Counted from the first letter of the stretch, positions 9,731 through 19,147 are shown. The stretch is DNA of 32,000 bases from Cereibacter sphaeroides 2.4.1 (GCF_000012905.2 NC_007493.2:3000001-3032000), one strand, 5' to 3'. Numbers and translations: made by a program. Notes: a model not told the origin generated them from the letters alone.

Positions 9731-10755
9731 TGCGTGCCCTCGTCCGTGCGCTGGCGGTCTGTGCCGTGACGGCGGCCTCCGGCGCCGCGTCGGCGCAGGT
9801 TCTGGAGTTCGAGGCGCTCGACGGCTGGACGAAGGACGATCACGCCGCGGCGCTCGCCACCTTCCGCCAGACCTGCGACCTCCTGAAGGAGCCGGACTGG
9901 CAGCCGCTCTGCCGGCTCGCGGCCGAGGCCGCCGAGCGTCCTGAAGCCGCACGCGAGTTCTTCGAGCTCTTCTTCCGGCCGGTGCAGGTGGGCGATCCGC
10001 CTGCCCTCTTCACCGGCTATTACGAGCCGGAGCTGGATGGCTCGCCCATCCGCACCCCCCGCTTCGCCTGGCCGATCTATGCCCGTCCGCCCGAGTTGCA
10101 GGACGGCGCCGTCTGGCGCACCCGGGCCGAGATCGAGAGCGGGCTCCTCGCCGGACGCGGGCTCGAGATCGCCTGGCTCGACGATCCGGTCGAGGCCTTC
10201 TTCCTGCAGGTGCAGGGGTCCGGCCGGATCCGCATGCCCGACGGCCGGGTGGTGCGCGTGGGCTATGCCGGCAAGAACGGCCATCCCTACGTCTCCGTCG
10301 GCAAGGAGATGGTCCGTCGCGGGCTTCTCCGGCTCGAGGAAGCCTCGGCGCAGACGATCCGGGCGTGGGTCCGGCGCAATCCGGCCGAGGGCGCGGCGCT
10401 CCTCGCGCTCAATCCCTCCTTCGTCTTCTTCCGCAGGCTGCCGCAGCTGGGCGCAGACCGGGGTCCCATCGGCGCGATGGGACGGTCGATCACCACCCTG
10501 CGCAGCATCGCGGTCGATCCGCTCTTCACGCCCCTCGGCGCGCCCGTCTGGGTCGAGAAGGACGGGCACCGCCCGCTCCGGCGCCTGTTCGTGGCGCAGG
10601 ATACCGGCGGGGCGATCAAGGGCATGCAGCGGGCCGACATCTTCTACGGCACCGGAGCCATGGCGGGAGAGGTCGCGGGCGAGGTCAAGGACGGCGGGCG
10701 GATGATGGTGCTGCTGCCCATCGACCGCGCCTACGCCATGCTGCCCGAGAACTGA
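9727..10755 (+). CDS. mltA: membrane-bound lytic murein transglycosylase A
   Basis: 342 aa. It has the signal peptide MMRALVRALAVCAVTAASGAASAQ, then FTGYYEP, FLQVQGSG and AQDTGGAIKG motifs of MltA/3D-domain proteins. The start is GTG 9727 or ATG 9730. Confidence 0.9.
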   Translation: MMRALVRALAVCAVTAASGAASAQVLEFEALDGWTKDDHAAALATFRQTCDLLKEPDWQPLCRLAAEAAERPEAAREFFELFFRPVQVGDPPALFTGYYEPELDGSPIRTPRFAWPIYARPPELQDGAVWRTRAEIESGLLAGRGLEIAWLDDPVEAFFLQVQGSGRIRMPDGRVVRVGYAGKNGHPYVSVGKEMVRRGLLRLEEASAQTIRAWVRRNPAEGAALLALNPSFVFFRRLPQLGADRGPIGAMGRSITTLRSIAVDPLFTPLGAPVWVEKDGHRPLRRLFVAQDTGGAIKGMQRADIFYGTGAMAGEVAGEVKDGGRMMVLLPIDRAYAMLPEN

Positions 10756-11351
10756 TGGCCCGCCGGCGCACCCTCCGTCCCGATGAGGAAGAGCTGTGGC
10801 AGGCCGTGGCGCGGTCGGCCCAGCCGCTCCATCCGGCCCGCATCCGGACGCATCTGCCCAAGGACGAGCCCGCCCCGCGCGCGCCCGAGCCACAGGTGCA
10901 GGTTCCGATCTTCCCCCATTTCCGGGTGGGCGAGAAGGTGCGCCACGGCACCTCCCACAATCTCGTGCCGCCGCTGCGCGACCATCTCGCGGCCCAGCCT
11001 TTGCGCATGGACGCCAAGAACTTCGCCCGCATGTCGCGCGGCAAGCTCTCGCCCGAGGCGCGGATCGACCTGCACGGCATGACCCTCACCGAGGCCCATC
11101 CCGAGCTCATCCGCTTCGTGCTGAATGCCCATTCGGACGGGCTGCGGCTGGTGCTTGTCATCACCGGCAAGGGCAGCCGCCGGCCCGACGATCACGGGCC
11201 GATCCCGCAGCGGCAGGGCGTGCTGCGCCATCAGGTGCCGCAGTGGCTCCGGATGCCGCCGCTCGGCGCCGTGGTGCTGCAGGTGGCGGTGGCGCATCTG
11301 AAGCACGGCGGCGAGGGCGCCTATTACGTCTACCTGCGCCGCGGTCGCTGA
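10755..11351 (+). CDS. Smr/MutS2-type small DNA-nuclease domain protein
   Basis: It starts MARRRTLRPDEEELWQAV... and has the C-terminal Smr domain IDLHGMTLTEAHPELIRFV...LVITGKG. The ATG at 10755 overlaps the mltA stop (ATGA). The track's longer ORF from 10365 lies inside mltA. Confidence 0.85.
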   Translation: MARRRTLRPDEEELWQAVARSAQPLHPARIRTHLPKDEPAPRAPEPQVQVPIFPHFRVGEKVRHGTSHNLVPPLRDHLAAQPLRMDAKNFARMSRGKLSPEARIDLHGMTLTEAHPELIRFVLNAHSDGLRLVLVITGKGSRRPDDHGPIPQRQGVLRHQVPQWLRMPPLGAVVLQVAVAHLKHGGEGAYYVYLRRGR

Positions 11352-11378
11352 GGCCCGCCATTCGCGCTTCGCGAACGG

Positions 11379-11792
11379 TCAGGCCCAGATCGAGGGATCG
11401 GCGAACTCGATCGAATTGCCGCCCGGATCGCGGACATAGACCGAGCGCGCGCCGTTCGGCCAGTGAAAGTCCGCCTCGATCTCGACGCCCCCCGCCTCCA
11501 TCCGCTGCCGCCAGAGGTCGAGCGCCTCGGGCGGGACGGCGAAGCAGTAATGCCCCTGCCCGCGCATCCCGTGCGGCGGCACCGGCAGGTCCGGGTTGCC
11601 GCCCGGCACCTCGGTCTCGGCCGGGTTGAAGACCAGCAGCACGCCCTCGCCCACCCGGAAGAAGACGTGCCGCCCCTCGGCGCGGGTCACCACGGGCAGG
11701 CCGATCAGATCGCCGTAGAAGGCTTCGGCCGCCGCGAGGTCCGGCACATAGAGCGCGGATTCGAGCGTGCCGAGGATGGGAGGATGGGTCAT
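11379..11792 (-). CDS. VOC (glyoxalase/bleomycin-resistance/dioxygenase) family protein
   Basis: The 137-aa product MTHPPILGTLESALYVPDLAAAEAFYGDLIGLPVV...HYCFAV...VYVRDPGGNSIEF fits the VOC fold pattern. The ATG at 11792 overlaps the stop of the LacI-family gene. Confidence 0.85.
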   Translation of the reverse strand: MTHPPILGTLESALYVPDLAAAEAFYGDLIGLPVVTRAEGRHVFFRVGEGVLLVFNPAETEVPGGNPDLPVPPHGMRGQGHYCFAVPPEALDLWRQRMEAGGVEIEADFHWPNGARSVYVRDPGGNSIEFADPSIWA

Positions 11793-12808
11793 GGCAGGTC
11801 TCCTTGGCCGGGGGGTGGCGGGGCAACGCTCTGCCGGCGGATCAGCTCCACCGGCAGCAGTTCCGACGGACCGCCGAGAGCGCGCGCCTCGATCATGGCG
11901 GACAGCAGCTCGCCCGCCCTTCGTCCGATCTGGCGCCGCGGCTGGCGGATGGTGGTGAGGGGCGGCACCAGATGGGCCGCCACCTCGATATCGTCGAAGC
12001 CCACCACCGACACGGCCGAGGGCACCGAGATGCCCGCATGCTGCAGCGCGCCCATGAAGCCGCAGGCCGCCTCGTCCGAGGCGCAGAAGACCGCCGTCGG
12101 CCGCTCCTTGAGCCCGAGCCAGGTCATCGCGGCGGCCGAGCCCGAGGCAAGCCCGAAGTCGCCGCGGAAGATCCAATCCTCGCGCAGGGGCAGCCCCAGC
12201 GCCTCGAGCTCCCGTCGCGCCCCCGCCAGACGGCTCTCGGTCAGCACATTGCCCACGGGCCCCATCGCATGACCGATCCGCCGGTGCCCCATCTCATAGA
12301 GATGCCGGATCGCGATCTCGGCGCCCGCGGCATTGTCCACCCGCACCGAGGGCAGCGTCTCGCCCATCCATTCGCAGGCAAGGATCACCGGCGGGCGCCG
12401 CCGCGTGGCCAGCGCCTCCTCGGGCAGGGTGCCGTCGAAGACCACCACGCCGTCCGCCAGCCCGCTCTCGAGATAATAGGTGAGCCGCCCCGCGGGATCG
12501 GTGTGGGTGTCCGCGATCAGAAGCCCATAGCCTGCGGGCGTCAGCACCGAGGCGAGGCCGGACAGGATCTCAGAGAAGAACGGGTTGGCGAGGTTCGGCA
12601 CCAGCGCCAGAATGCTGCCCGTGCGCCGCCGCCGGAGGTTCCGTGCCATCGGGTTGGCGACATAGCCCGTCTCGCGCACGGCCCGCAGCACCGCCTCGCG
12701 CGTGGGCTCGGCCACCCGGTCGGGATGGGACAGCGCCCGGCTGACGGTCGCGGTCGACACGCCTGAGAGACGTGCAACATCCTGAATTGTGGCCACTTTC
12801 TGCCGCAT
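11789..12808 (-). CDS. LacI family transcriptional regulator
   Basis: MRQKVATIQDVARLSGVSTATVSRALSHPDRV is the canonical LacI HTH, followed by a periplasmic-binding-protein-like sugar-binding core. I take the start at ATG 12808, internal to ORF 11789..12889. Confidence 0.9.
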   Translation of the reverse strand: MRQKVATIQDVARLSGVSTATVSRALSHPDRVAEPTREAVLRAVRETGYVANPMARNLRRRRTGSILALVPNLANPFFSEILSGLASVLTPAGYGLLIADTHTDPAGRLTYYLESGLADGVVVFDGTLPEEALATRRRPPVILACEWMGETLPSVRVDNAAGAEIAIRHLYEMGHRRIGHAMGPVGNVLTESRLAGARRELEALGLPLREDWIFRGDFGLASGSAAAMTWLGLKERPTAVFCASDEAACGFMGALQHAGISVPSAVSVVGFDDIEVAAHLVPPLTTIRQPRRQIGRRAGELLSAMIEARALGGPSELLPVELIRRQSVAPPPPGQGDLP

Positions 12809-12852
12809 GACGCCTCGCTGTTCCGCGACATCCTGCGCCGCAGGAAAATCGT

Positions 12853-12866
12853 TGTAAACGTTTGTC
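12853..12866. promoter_or_regulatory. LacI-type operator candidate O1 (TGTAAACGTTTGTC)
   Basis: It has a palindromic AAACGTTT core and fits the TGnAAnCGnTTnCA family pattern except for the last two bases. It lies in the divergent spacer between the regulator and the sugar operon. Confidence 0.5.
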
Positions 12867-12884
12867 GCGCGTCTATAGTGACTC

Positions 12885-12898
12885 TGCAAACGATTACA
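12885..12898. promoter_or_regulatory. LacI-type operator candidate O2 (TGCAAACGATTACA)
   Basis: It matches every constrained position of TGnAAnCGnTTnCA. It lies just upstream of the first catabolic gene. Confidence 0.55.
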
Positions 12899-12958
12899 TC
12901 AACGACAGCGGTCGCGATGGAGGAGTTGCGCCGGTGGCGACCGGAGGGAGGAAATCGC

Positions 12959-14017
12959 TTGAAGACGATCAAGGGGCCTGCGCTGTTTCTGGCGCAGTTC
13001 GCGGGCGATGCTGCGCCCTTCAATTCATGGACGTCGATTACCCGCTGGGCGGCCGATTGCGGCTATGCGGGCGTCCAGGTGCCGACCTGGGACGCGCGCC
13101 TGTTCGATCTCGACCGGGCGGCGGAGTCGAAGGACTGGTGCGACCAGTTCAAGGGCGAGGCGGCCGAGGCGGGCGTCGAGGTGACCGAGCTTGCGAGCCA
13201 CCTGCACGGCCAGCTCGTCGCGGCCCATCCGGCCTATGACACGATGCTCGACGGTTTTGCCGATCCGTCCGTCCGCGGCAATCCGAAGGCGCGGCAGGAA
13301 TGGGCGGTCGACCGGGTGATGAAAGGCCTGACCGCCTCGCGCAATCTGGGGCTCAAGGCGATGGCCACCTTCTCGGGGGCGCTGGCCTGGCCCTATCTCT
13401 ATCCCTGGCCGCAGCGGCCCGCGGGCCTTGTCGAGACCGCCTTCGACGAACTGGCCGCCCGCTGGCGCCCGATCCTCGACCATGCCGAGGACTGCGGGAT
13501 CGACCTCTGCTACGAGATCCATCCCGGCGAGGACCTGCACGACGGCGTGACCTTCGAGATGTTCCTCGAGCGCGTCGGTGGCCATGCCCGCTGCAACATG
13601 CTCTACGATCCGTCGCACTATGTGCTTCAGGCGCTGGATTACCTCGACAATATCGACATCTACGGCAGCCGCATCCGCATGTTCCACGTCAAGGACGCCG
13701 AGCTGAACCCGACGGGGCGGCAGGGCGTCTATGGCGGCTTCCAGTCCTGGGTGAACCGGGCGGGGCGCTTCCGCAGCCTCGGCGACGGGCAGGTGGATTT
13801 CGGCGCGATCTTCTCGAAGCTCACCGCGCTCGATTTCGACGGCTGGGCGGTGGTCGAATGGGAATGCGCGCTGAAGCATCCCGAGGACGGGGCGCGCGAG
13901 GGGGCGGAGTTCGTCCGCAACCACATCATCCGCGTGACGCCCAACGCCTTCGACGATTTTGCGGGCGCAGGCACCGACGAGGCCGCCAACCGCGCCATGC
14001 TGGGGCTCGACCGATGA
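12959..14017 (+). CDS. sugar phosphate isomerase/epimerase (xylose-isomerase-like TIM barrel)
   Basis: The ORF contains KTIKGPALFLAQFAGDAAPFNSW...YEIHPGED...MFHVKDAE...DFDGWAVVEWE. The likely start is TTG 12959, with GGAGGGAGG about 8-10 nt upstream. Alternatives are ATG 12917 and the track start 12878. Confidence 0.85.
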   Translation: MKTIKGPALFLAQFAGDAAPFNSWTSITRWAADCGYAGVQVPTWDARLFDLDRAAESKDWCDQFKGEAAEAGVEVTELASHLHGQLVAAHPAYDTMLDGFADPSVRGNPKARQEWAVDRVMKGLTASRNLGLKAMATFSGALAWPYLYPWPQRPAGLVETAFDELAARWRPILDHAEDCGIDLCYEIHPGEDLHDGVTFEMFLERVGGHARCNMLYDPSHYVLQALDYLDNIDIYGSRIRMFHVKDAELNPTGRQGVYGGFQSWVNRAGRFRSLGDGQVDFGAIFSKLTALDFDGWAVVEWECALKHPEDGAREGAEFVRNHIIRVTPNAFDDFAGAGTDEAANRAMLGLDR

Positions 14018-15159
14018 GCCGGTTCGCAGGGAGGGAGGGGCCCATCCGGCTCGGCATGGTGGGCGGCGGCAGCGGGGCCTTCATCGGCGCGGTTCACCGG
14101 ATCGCCGCCCGGCTCGACGGGAAATATCAGCTGGTCGCAGGCGCGCTGTCCTCGACGCCCGAGAGGGCGCGCGAGAGCGCGGCGGCTCTCGGCATCCCGC
14201 GGAGTTACGACGATTTCACCGCCATGGCGAAAGCCGAGGCCCGGCGGCGCGACGGGATCGAGGCGGTGGCGATCGTCACCCCGAACCACATGCACGGCCC
14301 GGTGGCGCGCGAGTTCCTGAAGCGCGGCATCCATGTCATCTGCGACAAGCCGCTGACGGCGACGCTGGCCGAGGCCAAGCGCCTTCAGCAGGCGGCCGAG
14401 AAGGCGGACGCGCTCTTCGTGCTCACGCACAATTACACCGGCTATCCGATGGTGCGCGAGGCGCGGGCGCTGGTGGCCTCGGGCGCGCTCGGGCGGCTGC
14501 GGGTGGTGCAGGTCGAATATCCGCAGGGCTGGATGGCCGCGCCCGTCGCCAACAAGCAGGCCGAATGGCGCAACGATCCGGTGCGCGGCGGCGCGGGCGG
14601 CTCGACGGGCGACATCGGAACGCACGCCTACAACCTCGCCCGCTTCGTCACCGGCCTGAAGGTCGAGGCGCTGGCGGCCGACCTCTCGGAGTTCGTCGAG
14701 GGGCGGCAGAACGACGACAACGCCCATGTGATGCTGCGCTTCGAGGGCGGGGCGCGCGGGATGCTCTGGTGCAGCCAGGTGGCGGTGGGGCATGAAAATT
14801 CGCTGCGCCTGCGGGTCTATGGCGAGAAGGGCGGGCTCGAATGGGCGCAGGAGAATCCGACCGAGCTCTGGCATACCCCTCTGGGCGAGCCGAAGCGCCT
14901 CATCACCCGCATGGGCGCGGGCGCAGGCCCCGAGGCCGCGCGGGTGAGCCGCACGCCCGCGGGCCATCCCGAGGGTTTCCTCGAGGCTTTCGCCACGATC
15001 TATTCGGAAGCGGCCGAAGCGATCCTCGCCCATCGCGAGGGGAAATCCCCGCCCGAGGGCGTGACCTATCCCGGCATCGCCGACGGCCTTGAGGGCATGG
15101 CCTTCATCGACGCCTGCCTGCGTTCGTCGCGCCGGAATGCCGCCTGGGTGGTGCCATGA
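14014..15159 (+). CDS. Gfo/Idh/MocA family NAD(P)-dependent oxidoreductase
   Basis: MSRFAGREGPIRLGMVGGGSGAFIGAVHRIAARLDG... is followed by VAIVTPNHMHGPVAREFLKRGIHVICDKPL. The ATG at 14014 overlaps the upstream stop (ATGA). The 13300 start in the track is an out-of-gene extension. Confidence 0.9.
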   Translation: MSRFAGREGPIRLGMVGGGSGAFIGAVHRIAARLDGKYQLVAGALSSTPERARESAAALGIPRSYDDFTAMAKAEARRRDGIEAVAIVTPNHMHGPVAREFLKRGIHVICDKPLTATLAEAKRLQQAAEKADALFVLTHNYTGYPMVREARALVASGALGRLRVVQVEYPQGWMAAPVANKQAEWRNDPVRGGAGGSTGDIGTHAYNLARFVTGLKVEALAADLSEFVEGRQNDDNAHVMLRFEGGARGMLWCSQVAVGHENSLRLRVYGEKGGLEWAQENPTELWHTPLGEPKRLITRMGAGAGPEAARVSRTPAGHPEGFLEAFATIYSEAAEAILAHREGKSPPEGVTYPGIADGLEGMAFIDACLRSSRRNAAWVVP

Positions 15160-16655
15160 CCGAGCCCGTGCTCGCGATCCGCCAGGTCTCGCGGCTGTTC
15201 GGGCCGGTTCAGGTCCTGTTCGATGTGGATTTCGACCTCCGCCCCGGCGAGGTCCATGCGCTGATCGGCGAGAACGGCGCGGGAAAATCCACCACGATGA
15301 AGATCCTCGCGGGCTATCTCGCGCCCTCGGCGGGAGAGGTGCTGCTGGACGGCAAGCCCGTCCACTTCCCCTCCTCGCGCGAGGCCGAGGCCGCGGGGAT
15401 CGTGATGATCCATCAGGAATTCAACCTCGCGACCCCGCTCACGGTCGAGGAGAACATCTTCCTCGGGCGCGAGTTGAAGCGCGGCCCGTTTCTCGACCAC
15501 CGGGCGATGCAGGCCGAAAGCCGCCGCCTGCTCGAGCGGCTGCACTGCACGGTCGATCCGCGCGCCCGTGTCTCGACCCTGTCCGTGCCGAACCGGCAGA
15601 TGGTCGAGATCGCCAAGGCGCTGGGGCTGAAGGCGCGTGTCCTCATCATGGATGAGCCGACGGCCGTGCTCACCCACCGCGAGACCGACACGCTCCTTGA
15701 ACAGGTGGACAGGCTGCGGGCGTCGGGCACCTCCATCCTCTACACGTCGCACAAGCTCGACGAGGTGGCGCGGATCGCCGACCGGGTAACGGTCCTGCGC
15801 GACGGCCGCCGGGTGATGACGGCCCCGGCGAAGGGCCTGTCCGAGGACCGGATGGCCGAGACCATGGTCGGCCGCGAACTGTCCGGCCTCTTCCCGCCGA
15901 AGTCCCCTCCCGCGCCCGAGCCTGTGCTCAAGGTGACGGGCCTCACCGTGCCGGGCTTCGTCCGTGACGCCTCCTTCACCCTGCGCCGCGGCGAGGTGCT
16001 GGGCTTCGCGGGTCTCGTGGGCTCGGGCCGGACAGAGTTGATGGAGGGGATCGTTGGTCTGCGCCCGGCCACGGGCGAGGTGCGGATGGAAGGTTCCCCC
16101 CTGCCCCGCCATTCCGTGTCGGCGGCGCGCGCGGCGGGCCTCGTCTACCTGACGGAGGACCGCAAGGAGAAGGGCCTCCTCCTCGGCAAGCCGCTGGGAG
16201 AGAACCTCACCCTTCTCGCGCTCGACCGCTTCGGGCGCGTGCTGATCGACAAGGGGGCCGAGGATCGCGCCCTGACGCAGGCGATCTCGGACTTCGACAT
16301 CCGGGTGGGCGACCGCGGGATCAGCGCGGGCAGCCTCTCGGGCGGGAACCAGCAGAAGCTGCTTCTGGCCAAGACCATGCTGGCCGAGCCGCGTGTCGTC
16401 ATCATCGACGAGCCCACCCGCGGGATCGACGTCGGCACCAAGCAGCAGATCTACGGCTTCATCGCCCTCCTCGCCGCCGAGGGCCGCAGCGTCATCGTCG
16501 TCTCGTCCGAACTGCCCGAGGTGATCGGGCTTGCGAACCGCGTCGTCGTGATGAGCGCGGGCCGCATCGCCGGCGAGGTCGAGGGCGACGCCATCACCGA
16601 AGAGAACATCGTCCGCCTCGCGATGGGGCTGAACCACCGGAAGGCCAGCGCATGA
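15156..16655 (+). CDS. sugar ABC transporter ATP-binding protein (duplicated ATPase, RbsA/MglA type)
   Basis: 499 aa with two nucleotide-binding domains. Motifs seen are GENGAGKST, LIMDEPT, LSGGNQQK and VIIDEPTRGID. Confidence 0.93.
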   Translation: MTEPVLAIRQVSRLFGPVQVLFDVDFDLRPGEVHALIGENGAGKSTTMKILAGYLAPSAGEVLLDGKPVHFPSSREAEAAGIVMIHQEFNLATPLTVEENIFLGRELKRGPFLDHRAMQAESRRLLERLHCTVDPRARVSTLSVPNRQMVEIAKALGLKARVLIMDEPTAVLTHRETDTLLEQVDRLRASGTSILYTSHKLDEVARIADRVTVLRDGRRVMTAPAKGLSEDRMAETMVGRELSGLFPPKSPPAPEPVLKVTGLTVPGFVRDASFTLRRGEVLGFAGLVGSGRTELMEGIVGLRPATGEVRMEGSPLPRHSVSAARAAGLVYLTEDRKEKGLLLGKPLGENLTLLALDRFGRVLIDKGAEDRALTQAISDFDIRVGDRGISAGSLSGGNQQKLLLAKTMLAEPRVVIIDEPTRGIDVGTKQQIYGFIALLAAEGRSVIVVSSELPEVIGLANRVVVMSAGRIAGEVEGDAITEENIVRLAMGLNHRKASA

Positions 16656-17644
16656 GTGCCGTCACCGCCCCCCGTCCCCGCTTCCATCTGCATGTGCTGG
16701 GGCCGCTGCTCGCGCTCTTCGTGCTGATCGCGCTCGGCGCCTGGCTGAACCCGAACTTCCTCAGCTACGGCAACGTGACGAACGTGCTGGCGCGCTCGGC
16801 CTTCATCGGCATCATCGCCGTGGGCATGACCTTCGTCATCACCTCGGGCGGCATCGACCTCTCGGTGGGATCGATGGCGGCCTTCATCGCGGGGCTGATG
16901 ATCCTGTCGATGAACGCGCTTCTGCCCCACATGGGCGAAGGGGTCTCGGTCATCCTCGTGGGGGTGCTGGTCGCCGCGGGCGCGGGCCTGCTTGCCGGCT
17001 GGCTCAACGGCTTTCTCATCGCCAAGGTGGGGATCGAGCCCTTTATCGTGACGCTCGGCACCATGGGCATCTACCGCTCGCTGGTCACCTGGCTGGCCGA
17101 CGGCGGCACGCTCTCGCTCGATTTCGGCCTCCGCGGCCTCTACCGGCCGGTCTACTACGGCGGGATCCTGGGCGTCGCCTGGCCGATCATCGTCTTTGCG
17201 ATCGTGGCCATTCTGGGCGAGATCGTGATGCGCCAGACCGCCTTCGGCCGCCATGTCGCGGCCATCGGCGCGAACGAACAGGTGGCGCGCTACTCGGCCG
17301 TCAAGGTGCCGCGCGTGCGGATCGCGACCTATGCGCTTCTGGGGCTGCTCGTGGGCCTCGCCACGATCATGTATGTGCCGCGGCTGGGCTCGGCCTCGGG
17401 CTCGACCGGCGTCCTGTGGGAGCTCGAGGCCATCGCCGCCGTCATCATCGGCGGCACGGTGCTCAAGGGCGGTTACGGCCGCGTCTGGGGAACGGTGGTG
17501 GGCGTCCTGATCCTCAGCCTGATCGACAATATCCTGAACCTCGCCTCGATCGTCAGCCCCTATCTCAACGGCACGATCCAGGGCGTCATCGTCATCCTCG
17601 CTGTCGTCTTGCAGCGGGAGAAGAAGGCCGCGGACGCGCGGTAG
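16652..17644 (+). CDS. sugar ABC transporter permease (RbsC/AraH type)
   Basis: 330 aa and polytopic. The sequences FVITSGGIDLSVGS and VIIGGTVLKGGYGRVWGTVVG are typical of the family. It shows ATGA coupling with the ATPase gene. Confidence 0.93.
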   Translation: MSAVTAPRPRFHLHVLGPLLALFVLIALGAWLNPNFLSYGNVTNVLARSAFIGIIAVGMTFVITSGGIDLSVGSMAAFIAGLMILSMNALLPHMGEGVSVILVGVLVAAGAGLLAGWLNGFLIAKVGIEPFIVTLGTMGIYRSLVTWLADGGTLSLDFGLRGLYRPVYYGGILGVAWPIIVFAIVAILGEIVMRQTAFGRHVAAIGANEQVARYSAVKVPRVRIATYALLGLLVGLATIMYVPRLGSASGSTGVLWELEAIAAVIIGGTVLKGGYGRVWGTVVGVLILSLIDNILNLASIVSPYLNGTIQGVIVILAVVLQREKKAADAR

Positions 17645-17662
17645 ATCCTTGGGAGGAACGTG

Positions 17663-18625
17663 ATGAAACGCAGAGAATTCCTGACCACCGCGGCCGTGGC
17701 CGGTGTGGCCGCCGGGGCCGGCGCAGCCCCCGCCCTCGCGCAGGAGAAGGTGGGCACCATCGGGGTGGCGATCCCCTCGGCCACGCACGGCTTCATGGGC
17801 GGGCTGAACTTCCACGCGCAGGACACGATCAAGCGCCTGCAGCAGGTCTATCCGCAGCTCGACTTCGTGCTGGCCACCGCCGGAAACGCGGGCAAGATGG
17901 TCAACGATATCGAGGACATGGTCGCCACGCGCAACATCAGCGCCCTCGTCGTCCTGCCGTTCGAGAGCGAGCCGCTCACCTCGCCCGTGCAGGCGGTCAA
18001 GGAAGCCGGCATCTGGGTGACGGTCGTGGACCGCGGCCTCTCCGTCGAGGGGATCGAGGACCTCTATGTGGCGGGCGACAACCCGGGCTTCGGCCGCGTG
18101 GCGGGGGAGTATTTCGCCCAGCATCTCGAGTCCGGCAAGAAGATCGTCGTCCTTCGCGGCATTCCCACGACGCTCGACAACGAGCGGGTCGAGGCCTTCA
18201 CCGCGGCCATCGAAGGCTCGGGCATCGAAGTGCTCGACATGCAGCACGGCAACTGGAACCGGGACGACGCCTTCAACGTGATGCAGGACTTCCTGTCGAA
18301 ATATCCCCAGATCGACGCGGTCTGGGCCGCCGACGACGACATGGCCATCGGCGCGATGGAGGCCATCGCACAGGCCGGCCGCACCGAAGAGATGTGGGTG
18401 ATGGGCGGCGCGGGCATGAAAGAGATCATCCGGCGCATCGCCGACGGCGATCCGCAGCTTCCGGCGAACGTGACCTATCCGCCGGCGCAGATCTCCACCG
18501 CCATCGAGCTCACGGCGCTGAAGCTCGTGTCCTCGACCCCGGTCTCGGGGCGTTTCATCATCGGCTCGCAGCTCGTCACGCCCGAGAATGCCGAGCAGTT
18601 CTACTTCCCCGACAGCCCGTTCTGA
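17663..18625 (+). CDS. sugar ABC transporter periplasmic substrate-binding protein with Tat-like signal
   Basis: MKRREFLTTAAVAGVAAGAGAAPALAQE is an RR-type signal, followed by a type-I periplasmic-binding fold. GGGAGG lies 6 nt before ATG 17663; the GTG at 17660 is also possible. Confidence 0.9.
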   Translation: MKRREFLTTAAVAGVAAGAGAAPALAQEKVGTIGVAIPSATHGFMGGLNFHAQDTIKRLQQVYPQLDFVLATAGNAGKMVNDIEDMVATRNISALVVLPFESEPLTSPVQAVKEAGIWVTVVDRGLSVEGIEDLYVAGDNPGFGRVAGEYFAQHLESGKKIVVLRGIPTTLDNERVEAFTAAIEGSGIEVLDMQHGNWNRDDAFNVMQDFLSKYPQIDAVWAADDDMAIGAMEAIAQAGRTEEMWVMGGAGMKEIIRRIADGDPQLPANVTYPPAQISTAIELTALKLVSSTPVSGRFIIGSQLVTPENAEQFYFPDSPF

Positions 18626-18636
18626 GCCGGGGCGAA

Positions 18637-18664
18637 GCGCGGCCCCTCCCCCGAGGGGCCGCGC
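18637..18664 (+). terminator. stem-loop terminator after the sugar operon
   Basis: GCGCGGCCCCTC-CCCC-GAGGGGCCGCGC forms a perfect 12-bp stem with a 4-nt loop, 12 nt after the stop. The trailing T tract is weak (TCTCCTC). Confidence 0.6.
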
Positions 18665-19147
18665 TCTCCTCGATCCTGCCCGGCGACCTGCGCGAGCAGC
18701 GGATCGAACCGCTTCTTGGCCGCGCCCTTCATCGGCACCTCGGCCACGGCCGCCCTGTTCACGGGCTGGCCCACCTGGATCAGCTCCACGATCCCCATCG
18801 GGAAGTGCGGCGCGCATCGTGTCGCCCGGCGCTGCGGTGACGAAGGCGGGTACGAAGACCAGCCAACGGCCTGAGCATCTCGCATTCCTTCCGTCTGCTG
18901 CTCCGGGCCCAGCCCTCCCTGCGAAGCCGCTTTCTGCGCTGCCGTAAGCTCGGGCGATTCGGCTGCGGCCCCTCCGTGCGGCCAGCAAAGGCAGGGCGGA
19001 CGGCTTCTTCTGCGCGCGCAAACGATTGCGCTTGCAGTCGCAGCATTCTCCGCGCCAGCTCCCGCGGATTTTCGTTGACGGGTGGGGCGCGAGTCCGCAC
19101 CGTTCGGTCCTGCGGCCCGGGCCGCAGCGTAACGACCGATCTGGAGG

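Noticed and set aside
9652-10893. 413-aa minus-strand ORF, and 10365..11351(+) as a 328-aa protein
   Set aside because: The first is antisense to mltA. The second is the Smr gene frame extended backwards through mltA; the real start is the coupled ATG at 10755.
15066-16637. 523-aa minus-strand ORF
   Set aside because: It is antisense to the well-supported ABC ATPase gene and has no recognisable domains.
16451-19021. 856-aa minus-strand ORF, the largest in the track
   Set aside because: It is antisense to the ABC permease and binding-protein genes, which have clear family signatures. Its product is Arg/Gly/Asp/His-rich with no motifs. This is a typical stop-poor antisense frame in high-GC DNA.
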